Source: an uncultured Holophagales bacterium (GTDB lineage: Bacteria; Acidobacteriota; Thermoanaerobaculia; Multivoradales; UBA5704). Taken from it: DNA of 64,000 nt. The position numbers and the translations under genes were made by a program. The stretch is taken from positions 1,600,001 through 1,664,000 of the forward strand of contig CAWJGT010000009.1 of assembly GCA_963842525.1 (NCBI GenBank). The letters run 5' to 3'. A model generated the notes under the pieces. That model saw nothing but the letters and a program-made list of their open reading frames with translations. It was not told the origin of the DNA and did not search any database. This document shows positions 1 through 9,707 of this stretch, piece after piece. Each line of letters begins with the position of its first letter. Within the stretch, counting starts at the first letter, position 1.

Positions 1-3000
1 ATCTCGCTGGGCGGATTGAGGAGTCGATACGCAGTGGTGCCACGTTGCAGGCACCGCCCATCGAGCCGATCGCGCGCGACGGGGAGCTGCCCCTGTCTTT
101 CGCCCAACAGCGACTATGGTTTCTGGATCAGCTCCAGCCGGGCAATCCATTCTACAACGTGCCTTTCGTCGTCCGTTTGGCCGGACGGTTGGAGGTGCGC
201 GCTCTGGAGAGGACGTTGAGTGAGGTCGTGCGCCGGCACGAGGTGCTGCGGACCTGCTTCCCCAGCCAAGGAGGCGAGCCGGTGCAGCGGATTCAAGCTG
301 CGGAGGCCTGGCGGATCCCGCTGATTGATCTCTCGGGCCTGCCCGCTGCGGTACGGAAAGCCGAAGAGAGGCTCCATGCGTCGGCCGAAGCCAAACGGGC
401 GTTCGATCTAGCGCGGGGCCCTTTGCTGCGGATGAATCTGCTGCGGTTGGGGGAGGAAGATCATACCGCGATCTTCCTTCAGCACCATATTGTTAGCGAC
501 GCCTGGTCGACAGGCCTGTTGCTCCGCGAGGTGACGAGCCTCTACGGAGCCTTCAAGGGAGGCTCGATGTCTCCCCTCCCCGAGCTGGACGTTCAATACG
601 CCGATTTCGCTCGCTGGCAGAGGCAGTGGTTACAGGGGGAGACCATCGCGGAGCAGCTCGCCTACTGGACGAGGCAGTTGGCCGACGCTCCTCCGCGGCT
701 CGAGCTTCCTACCGATTTCCCGCGGCCTGCCATGCCGAGCTTTCGAGGTGCTACGGAGCGCTTCGAGCTGGCAGAGGATCTGACTGTCGCTCTCCGGCGG
801 CTCAGCCGCGGCGAAGGAGCGACCTTGTTCATGACGCTGCTGGCGGCTTTCCAGATTTTGCTCTCTCGCTATGCGGGACAGCAAGACGTCAGCGTGGGTA
901 CTCCGATCGCCGGCCGCAACCGGCTAGAAACGGAGAACCTGATTGGATTCTTCGTCAATACGCTGGTGCTGCGGAGCAATCTTGCGGGCGATCCCGCCTT
1001 CCGCGACTTCCTGGTCCGTGTGAGAGAGGTGGCTCTGGAGGCGCACGCGCATCAAGACCTTCCTTTCGAGAGGCTGGTCGAGGAGCTGCAGCCGGAGCGC
1101 AGCCTGAGCCACATGCCATTGTTCCAGGTGTCGTTCACGCTCCTCAACGCACGTCGGGAAACCTTCAGGCTTGAGGGGCTGGAGATCCTCGGAGAGGAGA
1201 CTGGAAGCGAGACCGCGAAATTCGACCTCAATCTTTCCATGGCCGAGAGCGAGGAAAGGCTGTACGGGCGCTTCGAGTACAGTACCGACCTGTTCAGAGG
1301 CTCCTCGATCCGGCTCATGATCGAGCACCTCCAGAAACTGCTCGGCTCCATCACCGTGGAGCCTGGAGCGCGCATCGGCAGCCTCTCCCTCCTGACCGAG
1401 TCCGAGCGGAGGCAACTCCTCGTCGAACGCAATGCGACTCGCGCCGAGTACCCGAGGGATCGGTGCGTCCATCAGCTCTTCGAGGCCAGGGTGGACATGT
1501 GTGGAGAGGCTACAGCGGTCAGCGCCGGAGACCGGCATCTCAGCTATCTCGAGCTCGACCGTCGAGCCAATCGATTGACGAGCTTCCTACGTGCCAGGGG
1601 AACGCGGCCGGGGATCCGGGTCGGCCTCTACCTCGGGAACTCTCTCGAGACGATCGTCGCCATACTCGGGGTCCTGAAAGCGGGAGCGGCATACGTACCG
1701 CTCGATCCGGCTCATCCGGTCCAACAGACGGGTTTCATGCTGCGAGACTCCGAAGTGCTCCTCCTGCTCACCCAGCAGCGCTGGCTGGACAGGCTCGCGG
1801 CGAGCGGAATCGAGAGCTTCTGCCTGGATACGGAGTGGGAACGGATCGAGCAGGAGAGCCCCGAGAAGCTTACGGTCGACGTCCAGCCCGAATCGCCGGC
1901 TTACGTGATCTACACGTCAGGTTCTACCGGGCAGCCGAAAGGGGTGGAGATCCCGCACCGCGCCTTGACAAATTACGCGTGGTGGGCGAGCGAGGTCTAT
2001 GTTCGGGGCGAGGAGGTAGCTTTTCCCCTCTACTCTTCGCTGTCCTTCGACCTTACTGTCACCTCGGTTTACGCGCCGTTGATCACCGGCAACCGTATCG
2101 TCGTCTGCGGCGGCACGTCTTATGAATCCACAGTCCGCGAGATTCTGCGCGACGGCCAAGTGGATGTGCTCAAGCTGACCCCAAGCCACCTGGCGCTGAT
2201 CAAGGACTTGGACAACCGCGGATCGAGGGTCCGGCGTCTCATCGTAGGTGGGGAAGCGCTGACGACGGAGCTGGCGCGGCGTATCCTGGAGAGCTTCGGA
2301 GGAGAAGTCGAGATCCTGAACGAGTACGGTCCCACCGAGGCGACGGTAGGCTGCATGCTGCACCGCTTCGATCTTCTACGGGACCGGAGGAGCTCGGTGC
2401 CGATCGGCGGACCGGGCGCAAATGTCTACGTCTACATCCTGGATGAGTCACTGTGTCCGGTTGCCGGGAACGTGACAGGCGAGCTGTACATCGCGGGCGA
2501 CGGCCTGGCGCACCGATACTTGAACCGCGAGGAGCTGACGGCGGAGAGGTTCGTCGACAATCCCTTCATCATCGGTGAGAAGATGTACCGCAGCGGCGAT
2601 CTGGCCCGCTGGTTGCCAGAGGGAGGGATCGAGTTCGTCGGCCGCCGTGATCAACAGGTCAAGTTCCATGGCTACCGGATAGAGCTCGACGGCATACGCT
2701 GCGCGCTGAACGAGCATCCTCTGGTCCGGGACAGCGTGGTGACGATCCGGCGTGACGAGGCCGGCCAGGAGTTGCTGGTGGCCTTCTATGTTGCGCGGCA
2801 AGCATTGCGTGCGGAGGAGCTGCGCAGCTTTCTCGCCGAACACCTCATCGCGGAGACGGTGCCCAATCTCTTCGTCTATCTGCGTCGGCTGCCACTCACT
2901 CTCAACGGCAAGGTCAACTATGCCGCTCTGCCCTCGATCCAGGAGGCGCGCAGTCATCTGGAGCGAACCTTCATCATGCCGAGTACGCCAAGCGAAGAGG

Positions 3001-6000
3001 TCCTGGCGGGGATCTGGGCTAGGGTGCTCGGGCTCGAGAAGATCGGAAGCACGGAGAATTTTTTCGGCTTGGGGGGGCACTCTCTGCTGGCGACCCAAAT
3101 CGCTTCCCGTGCGCAGGAAGCTTTTGGCATTGAGCTGCCGCTACGTAGCATCTTCGAGGAACCGACCATTGCCGGTCTGGCGAGGAAGATCGAATCACTG
3201 ATGCGGCAAGGGAGGGCGCGGGAGACACCGCGGATCGAACCTGTGCCTCGTGGTCTCCCGCTTTCCCTCTCCTTCGCTCAGCAGCGGCTTTGGTTCCTCC
3301 AGCAGTTCGAGCCAGGTTCCGCGAGCTATAACCTGCGGATCGGAGTGAGGCTTCAAGGGAAGTTGGATGTCAGGGCTCTGGGATCGAGCTTCAACGAGAT
3401 CGTTCGCCGCCATGAGGTCCTGCGCACGACCTTCCCGACGGTCGACGGCGAGCCGCGGCAAGTCATCGCGCCCGCAGCACCGCTTGCCGTACCACTGATC
3501 GATCTGACACAGTCAGGAGGGGCCGAAGCGGAGGCCCGGAGAATCGCAGGGTTGGAAGGGCAGCGTCCCTTTGAGCTGAGCCGCAGTCCTGCCTTGCGGT
3601 GTCAGCTATTGCGTCTGACCTCCGAGGACCACGTCGTACTCGTTACCATGCACCACATAGTGAGTGATGCAGGGTCGATGGGGATCATGGTACGGGAGCT
3701 GATGACCCTGTATGAGGCGTTTCGCACGGGGGCCCAGTCACCTCTTCCTGAGCCACTGGTGCAGTATGCGGACTTCGCCGTCTGGCAGCGGCATTGGCTT
3801 GTCAGAGAGACTCTGGAGGGAGAGCTGGAATACTGGCGCGATCGGCTCCGTGGCCTGCCTCCGCTGCTACAACTGCCGATCGACCGTCCGCGCCCCGCAG
3901 TCCAGACGACCACGGGGGCTGTCCACGCCTTCTTGTTGCCCAAAGACCTTACCGAAAGCTTGCGAAGGCTGGCCCTGCAAGAGGGAGCGACGCTTTTCAT
4001 GGCATCGGCCGCCCTCTTCCAGGCCCTGCTGGGACGTATGGCGGGCCGGGAGGATATCTGTGTCGGCGTCCCTGTCAGCGGACGTGACCGGCTAGAAGTC
4101 GAAGGGCTGATCGGATTCTTCGTCAACGTTCTGGTCCTGCGGGGAGACCTCGCGGGCGATCCGAGCTTTCCGGAGTGGCTGAAGCGGGTCCGTACGGACA
4201 TACTGGAGGTTTACAGCCACCGCAACTTGCCCTTCGAAAAGCTGGTCGAGGAGTTAGTGCCGGAACGCAATCTGGCCTACTCGCCCCTATTCCAGGTGAT
4301 GCTCACTTTCCAGAACAACCCGATCGAAGGGGTGGAAGCTTTCAGGCTGCCAGATCTTGCGGTGACGCCGTTCGGGGTGGCGAGGAGCACGGCCAAGTTC
4401 GATCTCACACTGTCGCTGGTCTTGACCGCCGGTGGTTTGTCTGGAGTGTGGGAGTACAACAGGGACCTGTTCGATGCTGCGACCATCATCCGGACCGCCG
4501 GGCACTTTCAGACCCTTGCCGCGGAAGCCGTCGCCAGCCCAACCAAGAGCCTGTCGCAACTCGCAATCCTAACGCGGGCGGAGCGCCATCAGGTCTATAT
4601 GGAATGGAGCGGCGGCTGCGATGAATGGCCGCGGGTTCGAACCGACGAGCTGTTCGAGGCGCAGGTCCGCCGCAGGCCGGCAGCAGCGGCGGTGGTCTGG
4701 GAACAGGAGTCGTGGAGTTACCGTGAGCTCGATACCCGGGCAGAGAAGTGGGCCCGTTTCCTCCGGGGAGTCGGCGTCGGTCCGGAGGTGCGGGTCGGCC
4801 TTTGCACCCAGAGATCGCCCTGCCTGATCACGGGTATGCTGGGGATCTTGAAAGCCGGCGGTGCATTCGTGCCGCTGGATCCGGCTCATCCGCGCGAGCG
4901 GCTGGAAATGCTTCTGAAGGACTCGGGAGCGGCGATGGTGCTGACGCAAAGGCACTTGGCCGGAGCCTTCTCCGCGGCGGATCTTCCGATCCACCTTCTT
5001 GATGTGGACCCAGAGGTGCCGGATGGCGCCATCCTCGCCCCGGGCGCGCCCGTCGATTCTCTAGCCTATGTGATCTATACCTCGGGCTCGACGGGAAAGC
5101 CGAAAGGGGTGATGGTCTCCCATGCGAGCCTCTCCCCGATGCTTCTATGGAGCCGCGGGTATCTCGGTCTGAGCGAGCGGACTCGGGTCTTGCAAAACCT
5201 CTCTTTCGGCTTCGATTTCGGTATCTTCGAGCTCCTCACCACCCTCGTCTCCGGGGCGACGCTGTACATTCCAGGAGAGGATGACCGGGGAGATCCAGCG
5301 CGCTGGGCCGCCTTGGTACGGGAACATGGCATCAACACGGTTCATACGACTCCATCGTTCTTTCGTGAAGTGATGAAGACGGGAATCCGGCTCGAGGAAT
5401 TGGAGGTCCTCCACCTTGGAGGTGAAACGCTCTATCGAGGTGACGTGAAGTCGTTGACAGAGGTGACGGGAGAGGCGTGTGCTCTCTACAACGGCTACGG
5501 ACCGACCGAGGCGACGATCAACAGTCTCATTTTCAAAATCGACAAAGAGGGGACCGAAGGTCTGAGCGTACCGATCGGCCGTCCGTCGGCGAACAACTTG
5601 GCCTATGTACTGGACCGAGAGGGGGAGCCCGCGCCGATCGGAATTCCAGGTGAGCTGTACGTGGGAGGGGGAGGGGTGGCGCGCGGTTATCTCGAGCGAC
5701 CCCGGCTGACCGCCGAGAGGTTCATCCCCGATCGGTGGGGAGCCGAGGCCGGCGGGCGTCTCTATCGGACCGGTGATCTGGTTCGCTGGCTGCCCGGTGG
5801 CAACATCGAGTTCCTGGGGCGGACGGACGACCAGGTCAAGGTGCGCGGAGTGCGCATCGAACCGGGTGAGATCGAAGCCGTGCTCACGGCTCATTCTCAG
5901 GTACGGCAGGCGTTGGTGACCGTGCGTGAGGACGCCGTCAAGGGGAGTCAGCTCGTCGCCTACGTGGTCGTGACGGAGGGCCAGGACATGTCGGGTCGCC

Positions 6001-9000
6001 TGCGGGAATGGCTGCGTCAGCAGCTCCCGTACTACATGGTGCCCGCGGCCTTCGTCATATTGTCGGAGCTGAAGCTCACGGCAAGTGGCAAGATCGACCG
6101 CCGGGCTCTGCCGGAGCCTGTACAGGACGCAGCGGAGGGAGGCTCATCGCCACGCAACGCGATCGAGGAGGCTGTGGTATCGATCTGGGACGAAGTCCTG
6201 CACCGCGATCAGATCGGGATCCGCGACAATTTCTTCGCGCTGGGCGGGCACTCCCTACTCGCCACCAGGGTCATGTCCAGGGTGCGGCACACCTTCGGGA
6301 TCGAGCTGCCATTGCGCAACCTGTTCGAGGCTCCAACCGTGGTGGAGCTCGCGCAGCGAATCCGGCACGAGATGGGGCGTACGCCCAGACTGCAAGCTCC
6401 CTCTCTGGTTCCCGGCGCATTGGCGGAAAGGACTGGGCCGGCGCCGCTGTCGTTCTCTCAGCAGCGCCTCTGGTTCCTGCACCAGCTCGATCCCAGGTCT
6501 ACGGCCGAGAACCTGGTGCTGGCGGTGCGCCTCGCGGGCCGTCTGGATGCTGCGGCTCTCGACGGAGCGATGAGCGAGATGGTCTGCCGCCACGAGTCGC
6601 TCCGTACCGTGTTCTGGGTCGCGGACGGCGAGCCCGTCCAAGTCGTACAACCCGCGCAGGACTTCGTGTTCCCGTCCGTCGACCTCAGCGGCTTGGGGGG
6701 GCTCGCCGAACCGACGGCCCGGCGGCTCGCCTTGGAGCAGGCTGGGCAGCCATTCGACCTCGCCCGTGGGCCTCTCTTCCGGCCCTTGCTGCTGCGGCTG
6801 CGTGCCGAAGACCACCTGGTGCTGATGATGATGCACCACATCATCTGCGACGGCTGGTCGATGGGGATCCTGGCCCGGGAGTTGGGCGCGCTCTACAGAG
6901 CCTTCCATGAAGGCCAGCCTCCGGCTCTCCCCGCATTGGCCGTGCAGTATCCGGATTACGCCCGCTGGCAACGCCAGTGGTTGACCGGAGACGCCTTGGA
7001 GAGTGCTCTGGCGTATTGGCGCGGGCAGCTCGAAGGCGTGCCGGCGCTGCTCCAACTGCCGACCGATCGGCCGCGGCCGGAGATCCAGTCGTTCCGAGGA
7101 GATGCCCGGGTATTCGTCCTGGAGGAAGACCTGACAGAAGGGCTCCGCACGCTCGCACAGGAGGAGAGAGCAACTCTCTTCATGGTGCTGCTGGCGGGAT
7201 TCCAGGTATTGCTCGCCCGTCTTTCGGGACAGGAAGACCTGGCGGTCGGGACACCGATCGCGGGCCGCGATCACCTGGAGATCGAAGGCTTGATCGGCTT
7301 CTTCGTCAATACCCTGGTGCTACGCGCGGAGTTGTCGGCCGATCCCAGCTATGTAGATTTCCTGAGCCGGACGCGGAGCCGGGCCTTGGACGCCTACGCT
7401 CAGCAGGAGCTACCTTTCGAGAAGTTGGTCGAGGAGCTCGCGGTTGAACGCAGTCTCATGCATAGCCCGCTCTTCCAGGCGATGTTCGTACTTCAGAACA
7501 CGCCGGCAAGCTCCCTTGATCTACCAGGATTGAGCTGGACGTCGATCCCGACCGAAGAGACGACGGCGAGGTTCGATCTCGTCCTCTCGCTGAGCCAACA
7601 GGCGAATCGACTCAACGGAGCCCTTAGATATAACACCGACATCTTTGATGCAACCACCGCGCAGCGGATGGTGGAGCATTTCCAGGCTCTGCTCGGCGCG
7701 GTGATGGCTGATCGGCGGCAGCCTGTCTGGGCGCTGCCTCTCCTCACCTCCGAGCAGAGACACCAATTGCTCCTCGAATGGAACGACACCCGAGCTCGTG
7801 ATCGCGACATCCCGCTCCTCCGCCTCCTCGAAGCTCCTCTTGAGGAGCGCCCTGGTTCACTCGCCGTGGTCTGTGGAGAGGAGGAGCTGACCTATGCGGA
7901 TCTCCATCGTCGTGCCGGCAGGCTCGCGCGCCGCCTGTGCCGGCTCGGGGCGGGGCCGGATGTCGTGGTGGGGCTTCACCTCGACCGCTCTCCCGGAATG
8001 GTCGTCGCGATCCTTGCTGTCCTGAAAGCGGGAGGAGCTTACTTGCCTCTCGATCCCCTTCAGCCCGCGCAGCGGCTGACCTCCATTCTTGCGGAGGCAG
8101 GGGTACAGGTGCTGCTGACGCAGCGGGGCTTGGCCGCCGGATTGCCGTCGTTCAAAGGCGAAGTGGTGCTGCTCGATGACAAGGAGCTCGATGACAAGGA
8201 GAAAGATGAGATCAATCCCGCGGCCGGGCAGGATCGCGATCGGACCGGCACCGCGCTGCCTGAAAACCTGGCGTATCTGATCTATACCTCAGGTTCGACA
8301 GGAGGAGCGAAAGGGGTTGCCGTGACCCGGCGCGGCCTCGTCAACCTGATCCAAGCGAGTGCCGCGTGCCATGGGCAGGTCGGTTCCCTGTTGCTGCTGT
8401 CGTCATTTTCGTTCGACATGTCGGTGGTGAGTCTCTTCTGGACCCTCGGTCAGGGCGGGACGCTCGTGCTGCCGGTACCATCGCCGGTCGTAGACCTGCC
8501 CATGATTCATAGGTTGATAGTCGAGCGGCAGGTGTCGCACCTGATCTGTATTCCGTCGCTTTACTCCATCTTGATCGAGATGTCGGCACCCGGGGCCCTG
8601 GCATCCCTGCACAGCGTCAGGGTGGCCGGAGAGATCTGTCCTACCGGACTGGTCGCGAGTCATCGGAGAGCGCTCCCTCACGCCGATCTGTTCAACGAGT
8701 ACGGCCCTACGGAAGGCACGGTGTGGAGCAGCGTCCATCGGGCCGACGTCGCGCAGCCGGAGCTCCAGATCCCCATTGGACGCCCGATCGCCAACACCCG
8801 GATTTACCTTCTCGACCGTCGCCTCCGGCCTGTGCCATTGGGCAGCTCGGGAGAGATGTTCCTCGGCGGCATGGGCTTGGTGCGCGGCTATCACCGGCGG
8901 CCCGGTCTTACTGCGGAGACGTTCATTCCGAATCCGTGGGCCGAAGAGCCCGGGGAGCGGCTGTACCGGACAGGAGATGTCGCCCGCTTCCGAGCCGATG

Positions 9001-9707
9001 GAGAAATTGACTTCCTGGGACGAGTCGACCAGCAGTTGAAGATCCGCGGATTCCGCGTCGAGCCCGGTGAGATCGAGACTGCCTTGCTGACCCACCCCTC
9101 CGTAAGGAACGCCGCGGTGATCGCCTATCACAACGGCCGAGGCGGCTTGGCCCTGGCGGCCTATCTGGAGCTCAAGGCGAGCCACGAGGTGGCGATCGAC
9201 GAGTTGCGGGGATTTCTCCGTGCAAGCCTCCCGGAGCCGATGATTCCGCCGAGCTTCCGGATCTTGGATTCGCTGCCTTTGACCACCGCTGGCAAAATCG
9301 ATCGACGAACCCTCGCCAAGATTTCGAAGGCTCAAGAAGAGACGGAGTATGCGGCTCCGAGCACGGATCTGGAACAGGAGATCGCCGCGATCTGGAAAGA
9401 GATGCTCGGGGTCGCGAGGGTCGGTACAAATGACAACTTTTTCGACCTGGGCGGGCACTCACTGCTCCTGGTGCGCTTGCAGCGAAGATTACTCGATCGC
9501 TTCGGCCGGGAGATCTCGATGATCGATCTGTTCCGATTCCCCACCGTCGCCTCCTTGGCGCGACGTCTCGTCAGCGGTGGACAGGCGGAGACTTCGTTCC
9601 AGGATGAAGGGGAGCGTAGTGCTGCCCGGAGATCGGCGGTCCGCAGGAGTGGACAACGCCGCCAGGAGGCGCGCGCTGCCGAGGAGCGTCTAGAGGAGCG
9701 CACATGA
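1..9707 (+). CDS. Multimodular NRPS, 5'-truncated by the window edge; C-A(Asn)-T, C-A(unknown)-T, C-A(His-like variant)-T
   Basis: The frame is open from the window start. C motifs HHIVSDAWS, HHIVSDAGS and HHIICDGWS; three A domains (YTSGSTG, YGPTE, GKID/GKVN); three GGHSL carrier motifs. Codes read by eye: DLTKIGEVGK, DFFHHGGINK, DMVIRAEVWK. No E or TE domain. Confidence 0.97.
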   Translation, partial: LAGRIEESIRSGATLQAPPIEPIARDGELPLSFAQQRLWFLDQLQPGNPFYNVPFVVRLAGRLEVRALERTLSEVVRRHEVLRTCFPSQGGEPVQRIQAAEAWRIPLIDLSGLPAAVRKAEERLHASAEAKRAFDLARGPLLRMNLLRLGEEDHTAIFLQHHIVSDAWSTGLLLREVTSLYGAFKGGSMSPLPELDVQYADFARWQRQWLQGETIAEQLAYWTRQLADAPPRLELPTDFPRPAMPSFRGATERFELAEDLTVALRRLSRGEGATLFMTLLAAFQILLSRYAGQQDVSVGTPIAGRNRLETENLIGFFVNTLVLRSNLAGDPAFRDFLVRVREVALEAHAHQDLPFERLVEELQPERSLSHMPLFQVSFTLLNARRETFRLEGLEILGEETGSETAKFDLNLSMAESEERLYGRFEYSTDLFRGSSIRLMIEHLQKLLGSITVEPGARIGSLSLLTESERRQLLVERNATRAEYPRDRCVHQLFEARVDMCGEATAVSAGDRHLSYLELDRRANRLTSFLRARGTRPGIRVGLYLGNSLETIVAILGVLKAGAAYVPLDPAHPVQQTGFMLRDSEVLLLLTQQRWLDRLAASGIESFCLDTEWERIEQESPEKLTVDVQPESPAYVIYTSGSTGQPKGVEIPHRALTNYAWWASEVYVRGEEVAFPLYSSLSFDLTVTSVYAPLITGNRIVVCGGTSYESTVREILRDGQVDVLKLTPSHLALIKDLDNRGSRVRRLIVGGEALTTELARRILESFGGEVEILNEYGPTEATVGCMLHRFDLLRDRRSSVPIGGPGANVYVYILDESLCPVAGNVTGELYIAGDGLAHRYLNREELTAERFVDNPFIIGEKMYRSGDLARWLPEGGIEFVGRRDQQVKFHGYRIELDGIRCALNEHPLVRDSVVTIRRDEAGQELLVAFYVARQALRAEELRSFLAEHLIAETVPNLFVYLRRLPLTLNGKVNYAALPSIQEARSHLERTFIMPSTPSEEVLAGIWARVLGLEKIGSTENFFGLGGHSLLATQIASRAQEAFGIELPLRSIFEEPTIAGLARKIESLMRQGRARETPRIEPVPRGLPLSLSFAQQRLWFLQQFEPGSASYNLRIGVRLQGKLDVRALGSSFNEIVRRHEVLRTTFPTVDGEPRQVIAPAAPLAVPLIDLTQSGGAEAEARRIAGLEGQRPFELSRSPALRCQLLRLTSEDHVVLVTMHHIVSDAGSMGIMVRELMTLYEAFRTGAQSPLPEPLVQYADFAVWQRHWLVRETLEGELEYWRDRLRGLPPLLQLPIDRPRPAVQTTTGAVHAFLLPKDLTESLRRLALQEGATLFMASAALFQALLGRMAGREDICVGVPVSGRDRLEVEGLIGFFVNVLVLRGDLAGDPSFPEWLKRVRTDILEVYSHRNLPFEKLVEELVPERNLAYSPLFQVMLTFQNNPIEGVEAFRLPDLAVTPFGVARSTAKFDLTLSLVLTAGGLSGVWEYNRDLFDAATIIRTAGHFQTLAAEAVASPTKSLSQLAILTRAERHQVYMEWSGGCDEWPRVRTDELFEAQVRRRPAAAAVVWEQESWSYRELDTRAEKWARFLRGVGVGPEVRVGLCTQRSPCLITGMLGILKAGGAFVPLDPAHPRERLEMLLKDSGAAMVLTQRHLAGAFSAADLPIHLLDVDPEVPDGAILAPGAPVDSLAYVIYTSGSTGKPKGVMVSHASLSPMLLWSRGYLGLSERTRVLQNLSFGFDFGIFELLTTLVSGATLYIPGEDDRGDPARWAALVREHGINTVHTTPSFFREVMKTGIRLEELEVLHLGGETLYRGDVKSLTEVTGEACALYNGYGPTEATINSLIFKIDKEGTEGLSVPIGRPSANNLAYVLDREGEPAPIGIPGELYVGGGGVARGYLERPRLTAERFIPDRWGAEAGGRLYRTGDLVRWLPGGNIEFLGRTDDQVKVRGVRIEPGEIEAVLTAHSQVRQALVTVREDAVKGSQLVAYVVVTEGQDMSGRLREWLRQQLPYYMVPAAFVILSELKLTASGKIDRRALPEPVQDAAEGGSSPRNAIEEAVVSIWDEVLHRDQIGIRDNFFALGGHSLLATRVMSRVRHTFGIELPLRNLFEAPTVVELAQRIRHEMGRTPRLQAPSLVPGALAERTGPAPLSFSQQRLWFLHQLDPRSTAENLVLAVRLAGRLDAAALDGAMSEMVCRHESLRTVFWVADGEPVQVVQPAQDFVFPSVDLSGLGGLAEPTARRLALEQAGQPFDLARGPLFRPLLLRLRAEDHLVLMMMHHIICDGWSMGILARELGALYRAFHEGQPPALPALAVQYPDYARWQRQWLTGDALESALAYWRGQLEGVPALLQLPTDRPRPEIQSFRGDARVFVLEEDLTEGLRTLAQEERATLFMVLLAGFQVLLARLSGQEDLAVGTPIAGRDHLEIEGLIGFFVNTLVLRAELSADPSYVDFLSRTRSRALDAYAQQELPFEKLVEELAVERSLMHSPLFQAMFVLQNTPASSLDLPGLSWTSIPTEETTARFDLVLSLSQQANRLNGALRYNTDIFDATTAQRMVEHFQALLGAVMADRRQPVWALPLLTSEQRHQLLLEWNDTRARDRDIPLLRLLEAPLEERPGSLAVVCGEEELTYADLHRRAGRLARRLCRLGAGPDVVVGLHLDRSPGMVVAILAVLKAGGAYLPLDPLQPAQRLTSILAEAGVQVLLTQRGLAAGLPSFKGEVVLLDDKELDDKEKDEINPAAGQDRDRTGTALPENLAYLIYTSGSTGGAKGVAVTRRGLVNLIQASAACHGQVGSLLLLSSFSFDMSVVSLFWTLGQGGTLVLPVPSPVVDLPMIHRLIVERQVSHLICIPSLYSILIEMSAPGALASLHSVRVAGEICPTGLVASHRRALPHADLFNEYGPTEGTVWSSVHRADVAQPELQIPIGRPIANTRIYLLDRRLRPVPLGSSGEMFLGGMGLVRGYHRRPGLTAETFIPNPWAEEPGERLYRTGDVARFRADGEIDFLGRVDQQLKIRGFRVEPGEIETALLTHPSVRNAAVIAYHNGRGGLALAAYLELKASHEVAIDELRGFLRASLPEPMIPPSFRILDSLPLTTAGKIDRRTLAKISKAQEETEYAAPSTDLEQEIAAIWKEMLGVARVGTNDNFFDLGGHSLLLVRLQRRLLDRFGREISMIDLFRFPTVASLARRLVSGGQAETSFQDEGERSAARRSAVRRSGQRRQEARAAEERLEERT

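Noticed and set aside
8171-8201. 15-bp tandem duplication (LDDKELDDKE) in the third A domain
   Set aside because: Real, but in-frame in a variable loop and probably neutral slippage.
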